IMG/VR virus record: IMGVR_UViG_3300023184_006354
Coordinates: 1 to 58,853 of that record
Source: a virus
Taxonomy: Duplodnaviria > Caudoviricetes
Reading direction: 5' to 3' (one strand)
DNA: 58,853 bases
Part shown: in pieces, positions 30,635-40,326 of the stretch
Layout: each line of letters begins with the position of its first letter
How positions within the stretch are numbered: the stretch's first letter is position 1
Notes under the pieces: model-generated
Seen by the model: only the letters and a program-made list of their open reading frames with translations
The model's database searches: none
Told to the model about the DNA's origin: nothing
Translations under genes and position numbers: made by a program

Positions 30635-31353
30635 AGAAATTGTTTGAGCGTGGTTTTCAACATATCTACTCTCTCTTGATTTGAACAGCCAGTTAAATGT
30701 GCTAAAAAACAGTCTTCATTCCATGGAGATATAATTTGCGTTCTATTTTTATCTGATCTCCACGTTTTTGTTTCCGCAACAAAACTAGGAACTGCATTCA
30801 AAAATTTATGTTCTAATATTTTTATAGTATTTTTTTCATTTAAATTCCTGTAAATATAATTTAATGTTTCTTGCTCTTGCAGAACTCTCCCGCTAAATTG
30901 ACTTCCTATTTGCAGGAATAGGTCGAATAATAATTTATATTCTGGTGTGCGTTGAATTATAAAATTTCCAGTACTAAAAGATTGTCTCCATGCCCAATCA
31001 TAAGATGCGCAAAAAGTTTTTTGTTCTATCGGGAAATCACTTATAGGTATATCATTTGTTATTATTGCGTCTGCGTCTATCCACATAACTAAATCGTAGT
31101 GTGCTAGCATTTCAAACGCTCTTGTAACTCTCAAAAATCCTAAATCTACGTCTTTATTAAATCCATATATATTGCCATTCTTAAATGAACGAATTGTTAA
31201 TAAATCATAATTATATTTTTTTGCATATCTTTCTTTTGAAGGTAAGGCTAAGTCGAATACTTCTTGCATTTTTACACCATTCTCATGAAATAGATATTCA
31301 TCAGTCGTACCAGTTAATATTAAAACTTGTTTATTCATTTTTGAGTTATGCAA
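30631..31353 (-). CDS. GT34-like (galactosyl/xylosyl) transferase
   Basis: YAKKYNY, WIDADA, TGNFII, EQETL, FLN, FLAHL. Start may be 31338. Confidence 0.75.
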   Translation of the reverse strand: MHNSKMNKQVLILTGTTDEYLFHENGVKMQEVFDLALPSKERYAKKYNYDLLTIRSFKNGNIYGFNKDVDLGFLRVTRAFEMLAHYDLVMWIDADAIITNDIPISDFPIEQKTFCASYDWAWRQSFSTGNFIIQRTPEYKLLFDLFLQIGSQFSGRVLQEQETLNYIYRNLNEKNTIKILEHKFLNAVPSFVAETKTWRSDKNRTQIISPWNEDCFLAHLTGCSNQERVDMLKTTLKQFL

Positions 31354-32650
31354 AAAATTGATTTAAAACATATTCAATGTAGTCTATCTGCTGGTCTGTA
31401 ATGACTGGACTTGTTCCTAAGAAAAATGTATCAGTAGTAATTTTTCTAGCAATTGGAAAATTATTAATAACTTCATTTTGATCCATTAAACCTTCGTAAG
31501 CTGGTTGTAGCATAATATTCCCAGCAAAATATGGTCTTGTTTGAATTTTAGAACTTTCAAAATAATCTACAATATCTTTTCTCTTGAATTTATTGTTATT
31601 TTTAATTGTAAGTGCAAACGCAAACCAACTTGGATCAGAATTTTTTGTTGCTTTTGGAATTATAAAATAGTCTTCATACTTTGAAAATATTTCGGACAAT
31701 CTTTTATGATTGTGTTTTCTGAGGTTAATTATTTCTGGTAATTTTTTAATTTGAGCTAATCCCATAGCCGCTTGTAAATCCGTAGGTTTTAAATTATAAC
31801 CAATTTCATCATAAACATATTTATGATCAAAAATTTCATCTGGAAGAGATGGAAGCCAATTTGAAAATCTATTATTGCAACTTCCATTTTTTAAAAGATT
31901 AGCTTTAAGTCCAACACAATAACATCCTCTTCCCCATTCTCTAAAACTTCTAGCTACAATTTCTTGTTGTTTTGTATTGCAAGCTACAAAACCTCCTTCT
32001 CCCATTGTCATATGGTGCGCTGGATAAAAAGAACAACTTGAAAACTCACCAAAACTACCAAGTAGTTTATTATTATAAGTCGAACCTAAAGCGTCACAAC
32101 AGTCTTCCAATAAAATTAAATTATATTCTTTGATAATCGCCATCAATTGATCCATGTTTGGAGGATTACCTAATACATGTGCAAATGTTATTACTTTTGC
32201 ACCTTGTTTAGCTTTTTGTTCAACTTGTTCTAAATTTAAATTTAATGTATCAAGATCTATATCAACAAAAACAGGTTTAAACCCAATTTGGAATATTGGA
32301 TTAATTGTTGTTGGAAAGCCAGCTATGGGGGTTATTACCTCTGTTCCTTTCGGAAAATTATATAATCTTTTTGATGCTAAAGCAGACATCATTATTAAGT
32401 TAGAGCTACTTCCGCTATTTGTTAATATACCATATTCTTTACCAAGTTCTTTTGGGAAAATATTTTCAAAAGTAATTCCATTTTTACCCAATACTAACCA
32501 GCCATTTAAGAGCGCTTTTGTGGATTCTGTATATTCTTCAGTTCCAAAAAATGGTCCAGCATATTGAACCCAATCTTTTCCAGGAATCCATTCTTTTTTT
32601 GATTTCTCTTGATTAATATAGTCTTCAATTAATTTTAATATTTGTTCCAT
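31346..32650 (-). CDS. rfbH: PLP-dependent CDP-4-keto-6-deoxyglucose 3-dehydrase (RfbH/DdhC)
   Basis: NSGSSSNL, FPTTINP, FAHVLGNP, EDCCDALGS, SFYPAHHMTMGEGG (His in place of the usual Lys, as in E1), RSFREWGRGCYC, DHKYVY..IGYNLKP. Confidence 0.92.
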   Translation of the reverse strand: MEQILKLIEDYINQEKSKKEWIPGKDWVQYAGPFFGTEEYTESTKALLNGWLVLGKNGITFENIFPKELGKEYGILTNSGSSSNLIMMSALASKRLYNFPKGTEVITPIAGFPTTINPIFQIGFKPVFVDIDLDTLNLNLEQVEQKAKQGAKVITFAHVLGNPPNMDQLMAIIKEYNLILLEDCCDALGSTYNNKLLGSFGEFSSCSFYPAHHMTMGEGGFVACNTKQQEIVARSFREWGRGCYCVGLKANLLKNGSCNNRFSNWLPSLPDEIFDHKYVYDEIGYNLKPTDLQAAMGLAQIKKLPEIINLRKHNHKRLSEIFSKYEDYFIIPKATKNSDPSWFAFALTIKNNNKFKRKDIVDYFESSKIQTRPYFAGNIMLQPAYEGLMDQNEVINNFPIARKITTDTFFLGTSPVITDQQIDYIEYVLNQFFA

Positions 32651-32652
32651 AA

Positions 32653-33486
32653 TTAATGTATATTCATTCCCCAATCATTTAAATTTGGAATTCCATATTT
32701 ATTTATATGATCTTTGATAAATTTATATTTATAATTCATTTCAATTGGTTGATTATCGTATATATCATATCTTATTTTCAAAGGAAAGTCAAACTCTTCG
32801 TACTCCCAATTAAAATTATTAATTGATTCATCATAGGCTGTTACTGGAACAGTTTTTATATTAAATTTTAATCTATTAACATAGTCTGTGACTTTCCAAA
32901 AGTATTGTTTAATTGCTACTGATTTTTTATCTATCCATTGTAAGTGCGCAATAAAAAGAAATGGTTTGTCTATTATTAAATTTTTACCAGTATGAGGTAA
33001 ATGCGTAGAATGCATTTGTGCTGGTTGAAATATTGCTCTATTTTCATAAGAGCCTATCCTGTCTTTAAAATTAGTTTTCCAAGGACCGTCTACTCTTATT
33101 TGATTTCTATCAGTATATTGAATCCAATGTAAGTAAAAAACTGTATCTTTATTTGAATCTAATACTTTCTCTAAATCTTTTTTTAATAATGTTCCGTCTA
33201 GATATTCATCTGAATCTAAACATATTATATTATTAGAATATTTTAATGCTTCATCATAAAGGCGTTGCCTTAAGTCTGTTTCTATGACAAGTTTATCATT
33301 ATCAATATTAGTTTTTAGAATGCTTAAAATATTATATTTTTCTTTATTCTCTATTAAAAATTCATATGTTCCATCTGTTGATCTATCATCTAAAAATACA
33401 AAACCATCAGCATAGTCTTTCCAAACCTCTAGCATTTCTTTTATAAGAAATAATTCATTTCTTGTCATTGTTATCTGTACAATCAT
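32653..33486 (-). CDS. GT2-like glycosyltransferase
   Basis: TRNE, DDRSTDGT, LDSDE. Confidence 0.8.
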   Translation of the reverse strand: MIVQITMTRNELFLIKEMLEVWKDYADGFVFLDDRSTDGTYEFLIENKEKYNILSILKTNIDNDKLVIETDLRQRLYDEALKYSNNIICLDSDEYLDGTLLKKDLEKVLDSNKDTVFYLHWIQYTDRNQIRVDGPWKTNFKDRIGSYENRAIFQPAQMHSTHLPHTGKNLIIDKPFLFIAHLQWIDKKSVAIKQYFWKVTDYVNRLKFNIKTVPVTAYDESINNFNWEYEEFDFPLKIRYDIYDNQPIEMNYKYKFIKDHINKYGIPNLNDWGMNIH

Positions 33487-34172
33487 TTGTATTTTTCCTG
33501 TATCTCTTTATCTTCCGCTTGAGCTACTTCTAACCCTGCTACAGAAACTGAATCTTCTCTTTGATAAAATGAGCCTATAATATCTGAGATTTTTTTAAAT
33601 TTAAAACCAAATTTAGATAGCTTCAACCACATATCATAGTCTCCAGAAGATTTATAATTTTCATTAAAATATCCAACGCTTTCTATCGCTCTTTTTTTTA
33701 CTAATGGAAAAGGACCACAATAACAAAATTTTAAAAGCAAGTCGTGAGAATAATCTGGCCAATTTCTTAGTCCTACTATAGAATCATAGCTTTGAGAATT
33801 TATAATACAACATGGACTATAAAATAAATCTATTTCTGGATATTTGTTTGCATAGTTTGAATAAGTTTGAATTGCCGATGGATAAATAAGGTCATCAGTA
33901 TTCCAATTCATTACATAAGGATTAGAAGCATTTTTTATACCAATATTCCAAGCATTATATATCGTAATTCTTTCTGAATTCTTTATAATTTGTTTACTAA
34001 TCCCTTTCCTAAAGTTAAAATTATTAATAATGTCTACTGAGTTATCTGATGAATTTGCGTCTATAAAAATAATTTCAAATTCTTTTTCAAATTGATTGTT
34101 TACGCAATTAAGGTAAACATCTAACCATTTAGAAGAATTATATACCGAACAGATAACCGAAATCAAATTCAT
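33483..34172 (-). CDS. GT2 glycosyltransferase
   Basis: ISVICSVYN, IDANSSDNS, IYNAWN.GI, NTDD, GDYDMWL. Confidence 0.9.
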   Translation of the reverse strand: MNLISVICSVYNSSKWLDVYLNCVNNQFEKEFEIIFIDANSSDNSVDIINNFNFRKGISKQIIKNSERITIYNAWNIGIKNASNPYVMNWNTDDLIYPSAIQTYSNYANKYPEIDLFYSPCCIINSQSYDSIVGLRNWPDYSHDLLLKFCYCGPFPLVKKRAIESVGYFNENYKSSGDYDMWLKLSKFGFKFKKISDIIGSFYQREDSVSVAGLEVAQAEDKEIQEKYK

Positions 34173-35035
34173 TAATTTAAAATTTTATTCCAAAAAATTT
34201 CTGGAGCATTTTTACAATTTTCAATAAATTTTTCTTTACCTAATTCTCGAAATTCGTGCATGCATCCTATAATATTTGAGCTAGAGGACATTAATTTTAT
34301 TCCACATAATATGCCTTCGCCAACAGATCTGCAAAATGGTTCTGGTATAATTGGGCTATAAAAAAGTGTTTCATATTTATTTAAAAGTTTAGGCATTTCT
34401 TCGTGACGGACTGTTCCTAGATATTCTACATTAGGAGTATTCCTTGCTAGAAAATCAAAAACTCTTGTTCCCCATCCAGCAACTACAAATTGTAATTGAG
34501 GATTGTTCATAACGAATTCAAAAAATGATAATGTACCTTTTAATTCATGCATAAATCCAACGTATAAAATCTTGTCTTCTCTTTCTTGGTTTTGATTATA
34601 GAATAAATCTATATCTATAGGATCCGCTACGATTTCTACATTATTAAAAATATCTCCATAATTATTAATAAATAACTGATGATGAAAATTAGTTAAAAAT
34701 ACTGTCTTTTTGCAAGATCTAAAAAGTTTTTCTCTGTCTTCTTGTTTTAAATATCTATTTGAATCATGTTCAAGTCTAACATGATACTTGTGAGAAGCTA
34801 TTTTATCTATAATATTGGGATATAATTTATATATCGCTTCTAAGTTAGATGAAATTAATATATCGTATTGATTAAAATCTTCAATATCAAAATTAAAGTT
34901 ATAATTTGCTTCTAATATAGATAACTCTAATTCTCTGCCTTTTTGAATAATTATATCGTTACTTCTTTGAGCTCCTCCAGCAGAGTGAGATAAATTATAA
35001 TCAGATATCCATAATATCTTTTTTTGAGTTACCAT
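34172..35035 (-). CDS. GT4-like glycosyltransferase
   Basis: GGAQRS, LYVG..HELKG, EPFCRSVGE; promoter TTGACA-17-TACCAT-5-ATG. Confidence 0.8.
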   Translation of the reverse strand: MVTQKKILWISDYNLSHSAGGAQRSNDIIIQKGRELELSILEANYNFNFDIEDFNQYDILISSNLEAIYKLYPNIIDKIASHKYHVRLEHDSNRYLKQEDREKLFRSCKKTVFLTNFHHQLFINNYGDIFNNVEIVADPIDIDLFYNQNQEREDKILYVGFMHELKGTLSFFEFVMNNPQLQFVVAGWGTRVFDFLARNTPNVEYLGTVRHEEMPKLLNKYETLFYSPIIPEPFCRSVGEGILCGIKLMSSSSNIIGCMHEFRELGKEKFIENCKNAPEIFWNKILN

Positions 35036-35079
35036 AGATAATGGTAATCTATTATTATAAAAATGTCAATTAATTTTAA

Positions 35080-35754
35080 TCAAACTAGGGTTAATAGATA
35101 TTTTAATTGATTTAAAGAACCAAGAATTTCATCTCTAATATTTAATAAATCTGAGTCTTTTGAAGCGTCAAGCATATTAGATAAGCCAATTAAAAATTCA
35201 ATATATTTATCTGTAAGAGCCATAAAATCTGTATCTTTGTAATTAGCTAAAGTAATATTAAATGTATTTGTAGCAATTACTCTGCCGTATTTACCCATAT
35301 AAGTTTCAATGAATTCATCAGTATTTTCTACTAGACTGCTTACTATTTCATCAAATGATTTATGTTGTGAAAATGAAGTTGTTTGCCAATGTAAAATTTT
35401 ATATTGGTGTTGCATTTGAAGAAGAGTTGTTTGAATTAATTCACCCTTACCATCAGTTTCTGCTTTAATTTGACTTTTTACTTCTTCTGCTTTAGTTTCT
35501 TCAACTGGTGCAGTTACGGCTGTATGAGTTGGTTCTTCTATTTTAACTTCTTGTTTATTCATATTTTTAATTTGTTCTGAGAAATCAATTTCAACTTCTG
35601 CCTTGCTTTTCTTTTTAGGATTATTATAAGTGTTGAGACAAATTGCAACTTGTTGTTTATTTTCCATTTTTGGATTATCTTTATTGACCTTATGCATGCA
35701 ACGACCCATGTAATCGTTTTGTTTTTCGTTATCTTTTGGCTGGGGTATTGGCAT
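35080..35754 (-). CDS. Ferritin-like (DUF5856-type) protein with short N-terminal phage motif
   Basis: HWQT.S..QHK..D, D.FIETYMGKYG, DLLNIRDEILG.LN.LKYLLTL; N-terminal MPIPQP..E...YM.RCM...AIC. Confidence 0.7.
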   Translation of the reverse strand: MPIPQPKDNEKQNDYMGRCMHKVNKDNPKMENKQQVAICLNTYNNPKKKSKAEVEIDFSEQIKNMNKQEVKIEEPTHTAVTAPVEETKAEEVKSQIKAETDGKGELIQTTLLQMQHQYKILHWQTTSFSQHKSFDEIVSSLVENTDEFIETYMGKYGRVIATNTFNITLANYKDTDFMALTDKYIEFLIGLSNMLDASKDSDLLNIRDEILGSLNQLKYLLTLV

Positions 35755-35762
35755 GTATAGTA

Positions 35763-35768
35763 TTACAC
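35763..35768 (-). promoter_or_regulatory. GTGTAA motif 8 nt upstream of start codon (putative phage-sigma promoter)
   Basis: Same motif with similar spacing at seven starts (see findings). Confidence 0.55.
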
Positions 35769-35829
35769 TTAAAATAAATAAATAAATACATATAAGATAT
35801 TATAGTTAATATAATTAAATAAATTTTAT

Positions 35830-35858
35830 TTGACAAAATATATTGATTCATATATTAT
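35830..35858 (+). promoter_or_regulatory. Sigma70-like promoter driving the structured RNA and possibly nrdAB
   Basis: TTGACA(35830-35835)-17 nt-TATTAT(35853-35858); predicted start near 35865. Confidence 0.75.
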
Positions 35859-35864
35859 AGTACG

Positions 35865-36150
35865 ACATCTCGCTGCAAAGCGAAAAGGTTTGCCATACTC
35901 CTCAAAATGGTGAGTTAGATTAGTTCTTAACGTCGGGCAACGCTATCAAAGCTTGCGCCCCGAGAAACCAGAAGAAATTCTGGGAGTGTAGGTGTAAGGG
36001 CTAACACGCGATGGATGATCCTACCGACATCCGATAAGTGTTAGGTGGCCGAAAGGCTTACGGACTCAATTGGGAAATAGAACTAATGGCTCGAGCAATC
36101 CTGTAGTAAAATACAGGGAAAGCTTTGCTTTGTAAGGAGCTCATTGGGAA
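35865..36150 (+). ncRNA. Unidentified structured non-coding RNA (~280 nt) with GNRA hairpins and a pseudoknot
   Basis: GC-enriched island with no ORF in the track; many complementary helices found by eye (detailed in findings); GNRA loops on the + strand. Confidence 0.75.
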
Positions 36151-36283
36151 ATATTTATTAAGAAAAGATATAAAATCAGTACACTTGTTTAGTATGATAT
36201 AAAGTTATTAACACTAGTTTGATTATTTTTCTTTTATAAAAATTAAAAACACTGTAAACTATTCTTTACCTTAGAAACAAAAT

Positions 36284-38545
36284 ATGAGCAAAAATGTTAT
36301 TATAAAGAAAAGAAATGGTGCAACAGAAAAATTTGATGTAGAAAAAATAAATAAAGTAATCAACTGGGCAATTGATGGTTATTCTGGAGTCAGTTTAACA
36401 GATATTGAAATCAATGCAAAAATAAACATACATGATGGTATCACAAGCAAAGAGATACACAACCTATTGATTGAAAGTGCAGCTAATCTTATTTCAACTG
36501 AAAAACCAAATTATCAATTTGTCGCAGCGAGGCTTTTGAATTACCAACTAAGAAAAGATGTTTGGAAAGGTAAGCATGCTCCAAGGCTATCAGAGTTTTT
36601 AAATCAAGGCATAAAGAATAAAGTATACGATACTTCAATTCTAGAAAATTATTCTGAAGACGAAATAAATAAAATCGGAGAGTTCATTGATCACGAAAGA
36701 GATTTTACTTTCACTTATGCTGGAATTAAACAGCTTTGCGATAAATATTTAATTAAAAATAGAACCACTGGTCAAATTTATGAAACTCCACAATTTGCTT
36801 ATATATTAATTGCATCTTATGCTTTTGCAAAATATCCAGTAGATTCAAGATTGAATTATGTAAGAAAATTCTATGACGCGATTAGTAAGCATAAAATTAA
36901 TTTACCAACGCCAGTAATGGCTGGAGTAAGAACTTCTAGTAGGAATTATGCTAGTTGTTGTTTAATTGGGGTAGACGACACAAGAGAAAGTATTACAGCT
37001 AGTGCAACTGCTGTTAGTATGGCTACAGCTAATAGATGTGGAATTGGTATTGATATTAGTAAGATTAGAGCTATTGGATCACCAATCAAGAATGGCGAAG
37101 TTGTTCATACTGGTTTAATCCCATTTTTAAAAATCTATGAAAGTAGCGTAAAAGCTTGGCAACAAAATGGCTTAAGAGGTGGTAGCGCAACTTGCAATAT
37201 TCAATGGTGGCATTATGAAATTGAAGATATTGTTGTACTAAAGAATAATGCTGGAACAGATGACAATCGAGTTCGTAAGCTTGATTATACTGTTGGCATG
37301 AGTAAATTATTCTATGATCGAGTTTTGAAAGATGAAGATATTACATTATTCAATAATTCAGAAGTTCCAGAGCTTTACGAAGCTTGGGGAACCAAAGACT
37401 TTGATAAAGTATATAAAGAATGCGAATCTAAAAAATTAAAATTAAAAAAGAAAGTATCTGCTAGAAAATTATTCTCTTTGATAATTAAAGAAAGAGTTGA
37501 AACTGGTCGTATTTATATTCTTAATGTAGATCATGCTAACGAGCATGGAGCTTGGTCTGATAAAGTTACGATGAGTAATCTTTGCACAGAAGTTATCCAT
37601 CCAACTATTCCATTAAACGATTACAATGACAAGAATGGGGAAATTGGAATGTGCATTCTTTCGGCAGTAAATATGCTAGAAATAAAAAACTGGCAGGATC
37701 TTGAAAAGACTTGCGATCTTATCGTAAGATTTCTTGATGAAATCATTGAACTTCAAGATTACTTTAATGTTGCTGCTGAAAATTTTGCTAAAAAACGTAG
37801 AAGTCTTGGAGTTGGTATTACTAATCTTGCAGCTTTTCTTGCTAAAAATGAATTAAAATATAGTTCAGATAAGTCACTACCAGTAATTGATGAATGGATG
37901 GAATACTTTCAATATTATCTTTTAAAGAGTAGTCTAGAATTAGCCAAAGAAAAAGGTAAGTGTGAAAAATTCAATCATACAAAATATTCTAAAGGCATAT
38001 TACCAATTGATACTTACAAAGATAAAGTAGACGAAATATGTAAAAGAAAACTATCTCTTGATTGGGAAAAGCTAAGAAAACAAATTAAAGAACATGGTTT
38101 AAGACACTCAACATTATCTTCCTGTATGCCTTGTGAAAGTAGTTCGGTTATTCAATCCTCCACAAATGGTGTTGAACCTATTCGTAGTCTTATTACTTAT
38201 AAAACTAGTAAAATGGGCAAGCTTCCAGTAATGGTTCCAGGAATTGGCAAGTATGATGATAATTATGAATTAGCTTATGATCTTAAAGATAATAATGGAT
38301 TATTAAAAATAAATGCAGTAATTCAAAAATATATTGACATGGCTATATCAACTAATGTATACTACAACTATAGTCATTATGAGAATAATATATTACCAGA
38401 CGCTAAAGTAATGAAAGAAATCATGTACGCATATAGTCTTGGCTTAATTAGTCTTTATTATAATAATACAGATGATGGAGATAGAGAACAATCCCTAGAT
38501 CAAAAAGAAGACGGAGATTGTTCTAGCGGTGCGTGTAAGCTATAA
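36284..38545 (+). CDS. nrdA: Ribonucleotide reductase class Ia alpha subunit with ATP cone
   Basis: IKKRNG ATP cone, PTPVMAG, SCC, SNLCTE, CIL, MPCESSS, NGVEP, SLYY, C-terminal CSSGAC. Confidence 0.97.
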   Translation: MSKNVIIKKRNGATEKFDVEKINKVINWAIDGYSGVSLTDIEINAKINIHDGITSKEIHNLLIESAANLISTEKPNYQFVAARLLNYQLRKDVWKGKHAPRLSEFLNQGIKNKVYDTSILENYSEDEINKIGEFIDHERDFTFTYAGIKQLCDKYLIKNRTTGQIYETPQFAYILIASYAFAKYPVDSRLNYVRKFYDAISKHKINLPTPVMAGVRTSSRNYASCCLIGVDDTRESITASATAVSMATANRCGIGIDISKIRAIGSPIKNGEVVHTGLIPFLKIYESSVKAWQQNGLRGGSATCNIQWWHYEIEDIVVLKNNAGTDDNRVRKLDYTVGMSKLFYDRVLKDEDITLFNNSEVPELYEAWGTKDFDKVYKECESKKLKLKKKVSARKLFSLIIKERVETGRIYILNVDHANEHGAWSDKVTMSNLCTEVIHPTIPLNDYNDKNGEIGMCILSAVNMLEIKNWQDLEKTCDLIVRFLDEIIELQDYFNVAAENFAKKRRSLGVGITNLAAFLAKNELKYSSDKSLPVIDEWMEYFQYYLLKSSLELAKEKGKCEKFNHTKYSKGILPIDTYKDKVDEICKRKLSLDWEKLRKQIKEHGLRHSTLSSCMPCESSSVIQSSTNGVEPIRSLITYKTSKMGKLPVMVPGIGKYDDNYELAYDLKDNNGLLKINAVIQKYIDMAISTNVYYNYSHYENNILPDAKVMKEIMYAYSLGLISLYYNNTDDGDREQSLDQKEDGDCSSGACKL

Positions 38546-38549
38546 GCAT

Positions 38550-39614
38550 ATGAAAACAGTATTAAATTTCAAAAATATAGATACTACTAAACAACCATTG
38601 TTTCTTGGCGAAGATCTTAATCTTCAAAGATATGATCGTTTTAAATATCCAATATTTTTTGAGTTATTTAAAAAGCAAAATGAAAATTTTTGGTGGCCTC
38701 ATGAAATAGCTTTAGGAAAAGATCGCAGTGATTATAATAACCTAACAGAAACAGAAAGATTTGTTTTTGATAGTAATTTAAGATTTCAAACTCTTGGCGA
38801 TAGTATGCTTTCTAGGAGTATTCATTCTCTTAAAGATTATGTAAGTAATCCAGAACTTGAGATTTGTATGAATACATGGGCTCAATTCGAAGGTATTCAC
38901 AGTTATTCTTATTCTTATCTTTTGAATAATGTATATCCAGATGCTACTAAATTCTTCGATAGCATTATGGAAGATAAAGAAATTACAAGCCGTGCAGAGT
39001 TAATTAGAAATAATTTTGATAAAATTCTTGGAGATGACGAGAAAAAAGACCCAAAACAAAAGATTTTTGACGCTATTCTTTCTATTAATGTAATGGAAGG
39101 TCTTGTATTTTATGTTTCTTTCGCTTGTTCTTTCTATTTTGGATATAGAGGTAAGATGGAAGGCAATTCTAAAATTATAAAATTCATTCAACGTGATGAA
39201 GCTCTTCATTTTGCAGTAAGTCAAAATTTACTTAAAATATTAAGAGACGAAGATAAAGAAGGTTTTACAAGTATAGTCAAGAAAAGTGAAGATAAAATCT
39301 ATGCTTTTTATGAACAAGCAGCCAAGAACGAAAGTGAATGGTCTAAGTATCTCTTCAGTAATGGTAGTCTACTTGGATTAAATGCAGAGGTTCTAGATGG
39401 CTACTCTAAGTGGCTTTGTGATAGCAGACTAAGAAGCTTAGGTTATAAGAAGATATTTAATCAAAAAGATAACCCTATTGGGGGATGGCATGATAGTTAT
39501 CTAGATAGCAGCAAAGTACAAGTCGCGCCTCAAGAAACTGAGATTTCTAGCTATAAAGTCGGTGCAAGAAAGACTGATATAGAAGACGAAGATTTTGGTG
39601 ATTTAAAACTCTAA
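38550..39614 (+). CDS. nrdB: Ribonucleotide reductase class Ia beta subunit
   Basis: FWWPHE, EGIHSYSY, EGLVFYVSF, RDEALH, QVAPQETEISSY. ATG at 38550. Confidence 0.96.
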   Translation: MKTVLNFKNIDTTKQPLFLGEDLNLQRYDRFKYPIFFELFKKQNENFWWPHEIALGKDRSDYNNLTETERFVFDSNLRFQTLGDSMLSRSIHSLKDYVSNPELEICMNTWAQFEGIHSYSYSYLLNNVYPDATKFFDSIMEDKEITSRAELIRNNFDKILGDDEKKDPKQKIFDAILSINVMEGLVFYVSFACSFYFGYRGKMEGNSKIIKFIQRDEALHFAVSQNLLKILRDEDKEGFTSIVKKSEDKIYAFYEQAAKNESEWSKYLFSNGSLLGLNAEVLDGYSKWLCDSRLRSLGYKKIFNQKDNPIGGWHDSYLDSSKVQVAPQETEISSYKVGARKTDIEDEDFGDLKL

Positions 39615-39643
39615 TAATTATATATTAATGTGTAATTATCTAT

Positions 39644-39973
39644 GTGAATTTAGATATTACAATATTATTTAATGTCATTTTAGGAGCTTTATCCTTTCTT
39701 GGAGGATGGTTATTTACTAGAGTGTTCTCTCTTTTTGATAAGCAAGAGAATCTTATGAAGGAAATTAATGATAAAACCTTTAGTGATTTTATTACCTTAA
39801 GAAAAGAAATGGAGCTAGAAGGAAGAAAGCATCAACAAGAAATAGCGGATTTAGCTTTAAAAATAAGTACTACGTATGTTACTAAAGAATCTTTTGAAGT
39901 TTATTTTGATAGAATCGAAGCTAAATTAGATCGTAATTTTGATATAATACAAAACCATTTAAATAAAAAATAA
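39644..39973 (+). CDS. Membrane-anchored coiled-coil protein (holin/hemolysin-XhlA-like architecture)
   Basis: N-terminal TM helix, YVTKE.F....DRIE.KLD; preceded by GTGTAA-N8-GTG. Confidence 0.55.
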   Translation: MNLDITILFNVILGALSFLGGWLFTRVFSLFDKQENLMKEINDKTFSDFITLRKEMELEGRKHQQEIADLALKISTTYVTKESFEVYFDRIEAKLDRNFDIIQNHLNKK

Positions 39974-39974
39974 A

Positions 39975-40325
39975 TCAATCAGTATGTGATTTAGGGTGTT
40001 TTTTACCATTACGTTTTTTACTCCAGTCTTTAAAATATTTATTTTTAACTGGATCTTTACCATAGAGTTGTTGTCTCTTTTCAGAAAGCTCTTTGCTTCT
40101 GTCAAAAAGATCACCAACATTTCCTTTTTGGGAAGAAGTTACTCTAGCGAAGTCTTTATCACTTGAATTTGCTGATAGTTTTTCTTGGGTATTAATTTGT
40201 GGGCTAGTAAATAATCGATTCCATTTTACACCCTTTACGTCAATATATTGGTGCTTATCATTGATTCCTTGTATCAAACAAATTGTTCTTCCATCAGTAG
40301 GATGTTGATACATATATTCTGGCAT
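39975..40325 (-). CDS. FmdB-like small protein lacking the zinc-ribbon cysteines
   Basis: MPEYMYQHPTDG resembles MP.Y.Y.CxxCG; DPVK..YF. Confidence 0.5.
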   Translation of the reverse strand: MPEYMYQHPTDGRTICLIQGINDKHQYIDVKGVKWNRLFTSPQINTQEKLSANSSDKDFARVTSSQKGNVGDLFDRSKELSEKRQQLYGKDPVKNKYFKDWSKKRNGKKHPKSHTD

Positions 40326-40326
40326 A

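Noticed and set aside
35755-35860. Replication origin at the strand-switch point
   Set aside because: The stretch is very AT-rich but is explained by two divergent promoters, and I saw no iterons or DnaA boxes. It cannot be excluded without whole-genome skew analysis.
35865-36150. Identity as RNase P RNA, group I/II intron, cobalamin riboswitch or 6S RNA
   Set aside because: I could not find the RNase P GAGGAAAGUCC core, group I P7 or group II domain V signatures, the B12 box, or a single long 6S-like rod. It interrupts no gene. An Rfam search is still needed.
36284-39614. Introns or inteins in nrdA/nrdB (also dnaE, dnaB, recA)
   Set aside because: The ORFs are continuous and of ordinary length, with no intein C/S...HN or LAGLIDADG motifs seen.
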